Part shown: positions 25,471-64,000 of the stretch, one piece after another
Layout: each line of letters opens with the position of its first letter
How positions within the stretch are numbered: position 1 is the stretch's first letter
Source: Glycera tridactyla
Taxonomy: Eukaryota
Assembly (NCBI GenBank): GCA_965644265.1
Contig: OZ286459.1
Span: 128,154,001-128,218,000 of the forward strand
Direction: 5' to 3'
Length of the DNA stretch: 64,000 nucleotides
Notes under the pieces: model-generated
The model's database searches: none
What the model saw: only the letters and a program-made list of their open reading frames with translations
Told to the model about the DNA's origin: nothing
Made by a program: the position numbers and the translations under genes

Positions 25471-27411
25471 GGGAGGAGAATCTCGAGCGATCCCATCCCA
25501 CCCATGTCCATCGCATGGTCGTCACAATAAAGCACATATGGTACTGACATGACGTTAAACCAGAACCAACCAACCGACCATCACATGTACATGTCATTCC
25601 AAGTTGAGGACACTTCTATCAGGATACGACATTTACCAGCAGGTCCAGGGGGCATCCTTGCACATTGCCGATATATATATATATATATACATATTTGCAA
25701 TGATGATGATGACTTGGAAAGTAAACCTAGTGACACCATGAGAGACTGCGTACATCTGAATCCTGTAATACCGCCCTGAGTATTGTGGCGTCACGTGACT
25801 CGAGGGTTGTGATGTTGTACATGGCTGATGCGATATAGCCGGCAATGACCATCATATGAATACATAACAGCAGGCATGAGGTAGCAGAATGAAACCTCTA
25901 TCTCCAAAAGCAGTGGTGCAAACAGGAAGCTTGCCTTGGTAATTCAATTTAATTTAAAAGTCGATGATGGAGCACTGAAACATAGAAACATCGCCCAGCC
26001 AGAATGCCAAATTCCATAGCAATTTGTCATGAGCTGAATCCAATAGTAGACTGGACCAAAAAAAAACAGGCGTAATCGGACGTCCATCATGTCCATTTGG
26101 CACTGGTACTCATATTTGCAACACTGCTGAAGTCATTTGATTCGATTCGGCTCGTTGGGTTTACAGTATTGACAGTGATAAGGCTTCAAAATTTTTATTA
26201 TGGAGATGAGGATGAATCCTCATTTCCATCCCGTAATCACAACGGAAACCTATTTGACCGTAATATTCTAATTGTTCTGATAAATCACAAAACCTGAACA
26301 CAGATGAGATCGAAATCGAGAAAGTATTCATCAAGCCTTATGGCTAGTGACAGCCTCTCGTATCATACATAACTCACCCCCCCCCCCATTCTCCAACACA
26401 AATAAACTTATCTGAGGCATGAATAACCACATCATAAACTGTATCATGAACTGGAAAAATACAGCTGACGGTCTTTCCCCAAGAAAGCGCAGTGCTCGAA
26501 GCATGGGGTAATGGGCTCAGCGAACACGAAAGCTATGACTTCAGCTATGAATGCTAAACTTGACCCGATCTCCGTATTAAGTATACCCTGTTCCCTACTC
26601 ACGATCCAGTGCTCACACACAAATCTACTTCACCGGCGAGTCAGCTCACTCAAATCTGGGCCAAATTCGATTTCGACTCAGTAGGGTGTCCAGTTGCAGC
26701 TCATTGTCGCTTACATTTCGTAACGGAAAATTACCTTTCTTTTTTCCCTCACTTGAGATCAAGGATAAGAGGTCACTACCCAGCTAGAGGCAACCTTGTA
26801 TTGAAGTCATGTCAGGTCATTCTCTTAGTGAAACCTATACAACATTCCAGGTATATGTTATGCAGGAAGGTTGAATAACAAACCTACGAATGGTTACTAC
26901 AGAACAACATAGTAGCGCTTATAATGTATCACACATAAACATGATAGAAATATATAATATCTCGTACTCCGAAACAGTGCAGACTAGGTCTTCAGGACAT
27001 GCCGACAAGACTAGGATCGACCCATGGCAGCCAGGTGAAAAGGAGAAATCAATGGGTGATATGTGGAAATAACAGAACAAAGACAACTCTACATCTCTAT
27101 GTTATAGCTTGAGGTGCCTACATCCGCAACTTGTATTGAACACATAAACCTCTTTGTATGGTTGGGTGTAGATGAATGCAGTTGCCTGGTAATACATGAT
27201 ATCATCACGGCGCAACCCAGATTCCGAGATGCTCAACATGAAAGTCATGTCCTGAAATATGTCTCACCTATCGGGTTGGCTGAAGCCAGGTTTTAGCGAG
27301 CACAACTGAAATTCCATACTTATTTCTATATAACGAACAAATACAATCGATGTGATGTCAAAAGATACATGTCCAGTCAAAAGCACTATATACCGAGCAG
27401 CAAAGTACAGG

Positions 27412-27657
27412 NNNNNNNNNNNNNNNNNNNNNNNNNNNNNNNNNNNNNNNNNNNNNNNNNNNNNNNNNNNNNNNNNNNNNNNNNNNNNNNNNNNNNNNNN
27501 NNNNNNNNNNNNNNNNNNNNNNNNNNNNNNNNNNNNNNNNNNNNNNNNNNNNNNNNNNNNNNNNNNNNNNNNNNNNNNNNNNNNNNNNNNNNNNNNNNNN
27601 NNNNNNNNNNNNNNNNNNNNNNNNNNNNNNNNNNNNNNNNNNNNNNNNNNNNNNNNN
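27412..27657. other. assembly gap (intergenic)
   Basis: N run. Confidence 0.99.
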
Positions 27658-29565
27658 TTGGGGATTGCGTCCTGAAGGAATGGATGCTTCCGCATGCTGG
27701 TCAGCCTCTCTGAATTTGACAAAGCTATAAGACTGGATCTTCTGTCTAAAACATATTTGCTGACATTGCATGATCAAGCACATGTACACAAGCATGTCTG
27801 ACTGTACGGATAACAGGGACTGTTTTATTGCACTTTGTGGTTCGAAGATGTAAGGATGTGTGGTGATTTCAATATAAAGTTACTTTTGTACATACATGTT
27901 GAAGCAGAATAAAGAGTTGAAAGTGAAGCTGAGAGATGATAAAGGCTATGTGATGATGCACCATCACTATAGCAACCCGTTTGACACAATCCAGGGTTCA
28001 CTGTAACATGACCCTCTCTAACATGAAAGCATACGCCTATCAACACCTACCCCTTCTTTCATCAGTTTGGGGTATGCCTATCATAGGAGATCCATCGATG
28101 TAATATACACATTAAAATAGTGGGGTAGACAAGGCGTGGTTTTAACTACATATGATGTAATATACTACATGTCAAGTGCACAGCACCTAAAATCTATGTA
28201 CAATAATCAAACATTAACGATAAAATAGTAGAAAAAAGGGCAGGTGGATATTGAACAATGTATTTGCATCTTTCATCCAACACAATACTATCACATCATG
28301 CTTTGTCATTATAATTCAGAACGAAGAACGGAAATACTGTGAACTAAACCTGGACACGAAGAACCCAAGTTTGGAACCTATTGCATCTAATGTTACTGAT
28401 CTTACGCAGGAAACCATGACCTGGATCAGTGGAGGAACTATTTAATGCTTATTGGCAAACCATGCCAAATACACATTAGGCAACATATTATTCTCACACA
28501 ACCAAGATAAAATCACAGTTTGAATCCAACATTTTCTCGGAACGACATTTTCATGTAATGATCATCACTCATATGTATGTACACATATAAGTGCACACAC
28601 AGACACACGCACACACTGACACCCCCACACACACCCACACAGACACACATATACATATATATTCCCACCTCAAACCTGAACACCCTCCACAAATGCAGAC
28701 AATCATAAACAGAGAACGGACAAGATAGCAATTTTCAACAGTTCAACATATCATCTGCCCTGCTCATCAACACAATAAAATATATCTGAATGAAGCAGGG
28801 ACCAATGTCCAAGATCCACCTGTGAGTTTCATTTCTTTAATAACAATAAAGCATGTGGCACATAAGCCACCTACAACTGTATAATTGGTAGAAATTCAGT
28901 ATATGAAAACGTGAATTCACCTAGGTAATACAGTACCATATATTCGTGGACAATACTTCAGAGAAGTGAGCAATGGAAGGGCCCATTGTTGCCTGCACAT
29001 CCAAAGTTGAGCTCTGTCACATGTACAATAGCCTAAATCCAATGGGAGTGTCGAACACAGGAACAAAGATGATCCCTATTTGATTAATACATACAAAGAC
29101 ATAGATTTCAATGAAATTTCTATTCCATATCGGAGGATCAGAAGACAAAGGCATAACATATAGGTAGTCCCAAAAAATGGCTTGATTCGAATTCCACATA
29201 ATCCATGATTCCCATCATGTTGACAGTATCCATACTTCGACTTGGGAAAATCTTTGTCTCACACATGCACCAGGGATTTCAAGATGACTATCGCTCATTT
29301 GAAATGACTCAGTGAACGTATATTAAAACTTGGTTCACTACCAGGTTAAATGTACATGGTGAAGTTTTGAAGAAAAAAAGATGGAAATCACCCCAGATGA
29401 GCCCCGTGCATATATCACTCAGTAAACACGTGACACAGAGGCCATGGTTATCAACCCAATCAGGAATGATGCTACCAATTCGAGCATCTCCATGTAGCCA
29501 AAGCAGTTCTGAAGACGGATATCGATCATTCAAAAAACTTCAGAATCTGTACCAAAAGTGTTCTG

Positions 29566-29571
<6 letters not shown>

Positions 29572-29644
<73 letters not shown>
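29572..29644. repeat. (TA)n microsatellite
   Basis: visible run. Confidence 0.95.
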
Positions 29645-29652
<8 letters not shown>

Positions 29653-30501
29653 ATATCTGCCAGATTTATGTTGTGTGTGTCACCTTACTACTCAGGTCCA
29701 GACACTCCTGAGAGGCTCTTTATAGCTCCATTATACCTAATACTGGCAATACAGGATGGCGGTGCAGAGTTGGGATCTCACTATATCTATCTCTACATCA
29801 TACACAGTGATAACATCTGCTAGTGATGGATAATATAAATCACATAGCTAGAATATGGAATTGTTCATTCATTAGTAGTTATGTTGCAAAAGCTAATTTA
29901 CTCCATAACTTCATTCAGGTCATTCACACTACCCATGAGAGATGTTCACACTACCCATGAGAGATGTTCTCGATGGGCAGTCATGCCAGAAATCCTGAAT
30001 GTTCATGAAGATAGCTGATTGATTGTTTGGTCTGTTAGGGCATGACTGTATGTAATAACTCTTGACATTATACATCTTGTGTGCTCCATAGAGTGCTGGA
30101 TGCTATATGTTCCCTGTGAGCATCAGAGTCACACCCATTAAATATAAGGGATTTGTGAGTCGAGGTGGTCACCAAATGGAAGTGGCTGTTCAGAAACAGG
30201 TGGATAATCATCATGGCCTCTGACGTATAGATCCTAATCCATATATATATATATATTACATACATGCAAAATGGTTTCCGACAGTTTACTTAGTTGCCAC
30301 CAACCTTTATATATTTCTGTACATTCTAAGGCGGTTTCGAACATCATTTCAATATATATGTAAAAGAAAATCATAATGGATTGTAATCATAATGGATATG
30401 AAACATGAAATGAAGTAATCAACATGAGATTCCTCTGATTTCGTCCTAAGTCAGATAGAAACTATCATGCCATTGATCTAATGTATGACTTAGTGATATT
30501 C

Positions 30502-30715
30502 GCCAGTATCCTGACATAATCCAACATCACATTATTGGGTATGTAATGTATTGACTGATAAATTATCAATGTCTTGTATTGAGGCCCTTGCTTGAACATA
30601 TGAATCAAGCCAGTATCCTGACATAATCCAACATCACATTATTGGGTATGTAATGTATTGACTGATAAATTATCAATGTCTTGTATTGAGGCCCTTGCTT
30701 GAACATATGAATCAA
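30502..30715. repeat. perfect 107-bp tandem duplication
   Basis: gccagtatcctgac...catatgaatcaa at 30502-30608 and 30609-30715. Confidence 0.93.
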
Positions 30716-32971
30716 TTATTCCCACATCTAAGTTCATGGATGCTCTTTGATAACTGATGCAATAATTACCGATAATCCACAAAGAATATAAGCATGCTTA
30801 TTCACTGGATGGAACTGAGGTCTATAGGAGGTTATACATGAGATTCCGAAAATGTCTTAATGATTTGTTGACGACCTGGCATTGCACAAAATAAAGACTA
30901 CTTCTTCATATATATATATATCACGTGGGAAGTAGAATAATATATGGGGTCTCAAAAACAAGGAACTAAATCAACATGAAACTTTGACTTGATAGTGAAT
31001 TCAACAAAATAGCCTGCACGAATTGCAGAGATAAATATGAAATCTACCCATACGCAGTTTGATGAATCATGCTAAGTTCAAAAGTAAACTGCATAATTTG
31101 TATCATGCTAAGTTTGAAGATAGAACAAAGTTTTTGTTAAACGAAACTACTGTAAGAGAAGGAAGAATGAAAATCGAGTTATCATATTTTATACTGGATC
31201 AACTAAGATATGGTGATAGTTGTTTATAATGACTATCAGGATAAGGGCATCATTCCACTTCTCGCCTGACATCTAGGTTTGATAAAGCAGCATACAGATT
31301 TGTGAGAGTTAACTATGCTTCGATGTGAATGAAAGCCCTTGACCACATTCGAATACATTCATGATCAATCCTAAACTTTAATTTATCACAGATACCATAT
31401 CAGGATAACTTCCTCTGCAATGCGGATAGTGAATGACTGAAATGAAAATTCTGATATTTATCCATAAACTCTCATACTCGACTGGATAAATACTTTAGTT
31501 TTGACGCTACTCAAGAAATGGTCTTAGGTTTGTAACTTATCATGCGTGGAACCGAGCAACGGAGAATTGAGTTTTTTTTCCATCAATATAGAGAGCGGTA
31601 TAGTACAACATTAGCATGGAGCCATCATGAGGAGCGAACTCATACCTCGAATCGAAATAGATACCCACATTGAAATCTTGTCCTTGTACTCATAAAATAT
31701 TTGGCTTGTGACAACCTTGGAAAATCAGCCCACCTTCCAGCTTCAACTGGCTATTCTTGCTCATTAGGGATTTTAACATTCATGTCATTCAAAGCTACTT
31801 CAAGCACCTAAATATAGAGTAAACCTGCTTCAGGTATACATATGTATGTGTATGTGTGTTCGCCGGTGTGTATAAGAATTATATAGCATAGAATAATGAA
31901 ATGTAATCTGTATAGGAAAAAGGATCCACTGCAAACAGTAGTCAGTGTATGAAAATCGCTGCAGATCTTTGAAGCAAAAATTAAAGAAAAAGTTCTGAAA
32001 GATATCAAATGTTTAGACACACAAAATATAAAAAGTATGATAACACCAGTATCACAAAACTGCAAAAGACCCAGGTCTTTCGTTTGAATGGTTCAGTCTA
32101 TGGATACATGTGGAAATTAAGGCGGGGGGAGGGGGAAATCGACTTTTTAATCAAAATATTAGGTTAGCAATAGTTGAAAACTCCCTTCAATCCGAATTCG
32201 ATATCCTTTCTCATCCTTTATGGAGTCGATCATGTACGTCAAAATCTTTTCATATACCTTAAGTAACGAATTATCACTGATTATATGTTAATAACGTCAC
32301 TTGGACTGAATATAATTTACATATTTATCAGCATCAGATAGTGAAATAATCTGAATCTTTCTCCATTTTAGTGACTCAGTGACTCTTCCTCAGAAGTATA
32401 TATGGTTATCGATCGAAACATCAAGATAAATGGATACTGACCGAAAACATCAGGTATTCATCAGGGATGTTTCTAATAGTTTTTGAGGCCAAATGTGTGG
32501 CAAGTCAACCAAATAAGCATGAATGATAGGCGAACCTACTGCTAACCCGTTCTGTCATGGTGCGATACTCATTCATAAGTATGATGCCAGGAAAGATCAC
32601 ACTACCGACGTTACTTCTCGAAATGACACTGATGCCATGTACCAAATAATTACCAATTCAACAGAAAAATTGTGTGCAATAAATCACATGGCTATGTCTG
32701 ACATTATCTCAGCAAAACATTTAATTCTGAGAGGGAAAAATCAGTCCATTTTTCTGATGAAGAAGTTGTCTTGAGTTGTAGCTCGAAGCCAATTATCAGC
32801 TGTGTTTGGAATTTTATGAGCGAATAGCCTTACGTCATTCGCAATGTTTCATGACATTTCAAGAACGTGATGGCAAATCCTACATAGTTATTCATGCAGA
32901 GTCATATCATCACTACAATACATTCACCTCCAGATTTGGATTATCTTCATCTGTGAATGAAGTAAACTTTG

Positions 32972-32977
32972 TTTATT
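32972..32977 (-). terminator. candidate polyadenylation signal for otoferlin (AATAAA; a second one at 33212-33217)
   Basis: TTTATT on + at 32972-32977 and 33212-33217, the first hexamers I found downstream of the terminal exons; cleavage site not testable from sequence. Confidence 0.45.
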
Positions 32978-33224
32978 GAACCAATGTCTATTCTATCCTT
33001 GTGATATCTGGATATCGCTCATGAATGAACTTCATTTTCAACACCAGACTTATTTGCATGAAAAAATGTCAGACACACAGAACCGCGTTTGGAATTATTT
33101 TCGCTTCATAAATTCACACCGGTCAGAACTATCCCAGCTGCAGTAGGTTGCATATCACCGAATAGGGGAGAAAATGCAGGTCATATGAAGGAAGAAGGAC
33201 TATAACTACAGTTTATTCAGGGCA

Positions 33225-61386
<28,162 letters not shown>

Positions 61387-61900
61387 CTGTAAACAAGATA
61401 ATAACAATTGTGGAAGAATATCACGATTCAAACATCGTTCCTTCACTGATAAGACATGCAATCAACCACAGTCTTCATGCCTGTGCAAGATTGTATCAGG
61501 TCACACATGAATACTTCTCTTGGATGAAGATGTGAACTGAATAACACAAATCAAGATACATGAGTGACAAGGCATTTTGATAGCAGTTGTTTCTTCATCT
61601 GTCTTACTGATGAACATCTGATATGATTCAGAAATGAAAACCACATGAATATTGAATCTCAACCTATTGCGGAATGACTGAACAAAGCTCCATGATTATA
61701 CCATCGTCTCAATTTTGAGATCATAATTCACGCTCGCATTACCAATTAGATTAAATGATGGATGGATGGAAAACTGATATGGGTGAAGTGCAAACTATAT
61801 ACGTTAGTCATTGATATTTCGATAAAAATGAGCTGAATTTGCAAATAAAGCGGCTGTCATCATTGAAACGTAGCAGCCTGGTATATTCATTCATGCTCAT

Positions 61901-61985
<85 letters not shown>

Positions 61986-64000
61986 TGTGTAATTGTTTGT
62001 TCATTCATTATACAAATGGTAGATTAATAGGTCTCACTGCGATACACCTGGTGATCAGAATACCAAGTCATGACACTAGCAGGGCCCTTTTTATCCATGT
62101 CAATCCCAGATATACATCCAACCTATGAGATAAGGCACTAAAAGATCGGATATTCCATACATGTAAATTCATGTGCATAGAAGGGCAGGGAAGGTATGCT
62201 TGAAAGAGCTGCATACATACCTATGAATATATGTATGTAAATACATGCACATGCATGTGGAGGATGGAATATCCAGCATGATAAGTGTCTATACCCTGAT
62301 GACCTTTAGGTTATTATCTCTGATTTCTCTATTCCATCCATATTTTGGTTCAATTGAAAAAAGAAACTAATCTAGCAAACTTATGCAACGCAGAAAATCA
62401 CTGGTTGACGAATAAAAACAAAGAGTGACAAACTTGAAGACCACACTGTTTCAAATGTATCATGTTAGATGGAATGTATAGTTAGTGACTTAAGAAATGT
62501 ATGCAAGAGAAATAACAGAAAAAAAAACTTCATCAATTTCACTGCTGGAAGGATATCATCAAGCAATTCTAGGCTGGACAATTTGTCATGCTATATAGCA
62601 AGTATTTTACTAATGTTGCTTCAGCACATATTCATCCCAATCATAGCTCACTGATATGAATCAAGTGCTAATAATGAAACAATAGCTCTCTGCTGGCATT
62701 GGAGTATCTTTGGTGTCACAAAATGTTTGGATGGTTCAATATCACTTTCCATGAATATGATGCAATGTTAACATGCATTAGATGCGCACTACCATCTCAC
62801 ATCTCTCATCAGTTTGTTGTCCGATGAGTAGAATTAGTGATCATCTGAGTATGGAATGCCGTCAATAAAGATCAATAGGCATGACATGGTAGATCCTGAC
62901 TCCTCTGTATACTCCTTTCACCCGGAGAGGGACATAATATCAGTGAAAACTTCTCGAGAGCCATAGCATCATTGAAAATTTTGAGCTATAAATGTGGAGC
63001 CATATGAGCAGTAATGTGAAGATAAGGCAATTCTACTGACAGTTCATCAACCAATATGAACCCCAGTATGACCTATTATGCATGAGCTGCTGGGCATTCA
63101 ATCCTGACAGGATAGTCCCCTTATAATGCGCGTGCGAAAACTATGAATGTATCTCTATTCCACTCGAAATGTCTATATACCCAGGATGCTCAACTGGCTT
63201 AAGATTATTGAACTGTATAGGAAAAAACTAAGAAATAGAAAAATTAAGCAGTCGATGAAGCAAAGCCAAACAATCAAACAAGTGCTGGCAAGAAAATTAA
63301 ATACTTTCATCTCTGTAATCATGAGTGTGCTTTGAAATAGTATCATACAATGTGATGATTTGCCACTTCCTTCATCAGGGATAACCCTTGCACCTCTAGA
63401 TAGAAACATTACTCCAAGCCACCCATCAGGAGGAGATCAACAACATCCCCAGGCAATGAGCAAAGCCGAACTCATCATCCCAATAATAGACATCAAATCA
63501 GCTTACATCGTAAGAGATAGGTGGGATTTCCCAAGAACATTACCGGCCATACTGTGTTCTATGAGTGAAGACCTCGTTGATTGGGCATTCCCCATAATTT
63601 CAAGCTAATGTGATACTAGGGAAATTCATTACCTGGAGGGCCATTACTCTCCAGGGGCCAGGAGGTCAAATTACCATCCTACCAAGGAAAGATGATTGGG
63701 AACACATGTTGGTTGGCACATGGTTGTTTGTGATGACAAAGATTCACTGCACTTTTGTACATGTATTTTGATTTTATATTGTATTATTTTCTCTTGAAGA
63801 GACACGGCAAGTCATACTTTCCCTCCAACTTCTAGTCTGACTAATTGTTCGTGCACAATTTCACTTTATAGTATAACTTGTGGTTTTGTTCGTATACAGT
63901 ATTGGCTCTATTGAGTGTCAGGAGATTTTTCCCTCTGACTGGCCATTGTACAACTGATCTGTGACATAGCCTGGAATAATATGAGAGCACCCCTCGAGGT

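Noticed and set aside
63632-63680. AG/GT-bounded segment of about 46 nt on the minus strand upstream of exon 61386
   Set aside because: Ends in phase 1 while the next exon needs phase 0; peptide is not ferlin-like. The true upstream exon is probably outside the window.

Overview
Animal (apparently invertebrate, AT-rich, gapped draft assembly) genomic DNA with two intron-containing genes arranged tail-to-tail. On the + strand are the last six coding exons of eyes absent (eya), encoding the C-terminal HAD phosphatase/Eya domain (2314-15815). On the - strand is the 3' part of an otoferlin-type ferlin, covering C2E, C2F and the tail anchor (61386 down to 33225). The main discovery is a set of duplicated exons in otoferlin. 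There are two tandem, intact 150-nt copies of the first C2F exon (49145-49294, 48889-49038), three tandem, intact 181-nt terminal exons each encoding a different transmembrane anchor (35920-36100, 33955-34135, 33225-33405), and a 27-nt frame-preserving microexon (55344-55370). Together these could give up to 12 C-terminal isoforms; this is inferred from splice signals and reading frames, with no transcript evidence available. Non-coding parts contain Tc1/mariner-type MITEs, a probable Kolobok-type element, two minisatellites (one packed with CRE palindromes), local tandem duplications, a foldback inverted repeat, many microsatellites and four N-gaps. Most ORFs in the supplied track are spurious. 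All exons were mapped by hand from GT-AG boundaries, phase continuity and recalled similarity to EYA and OTOF proteins.
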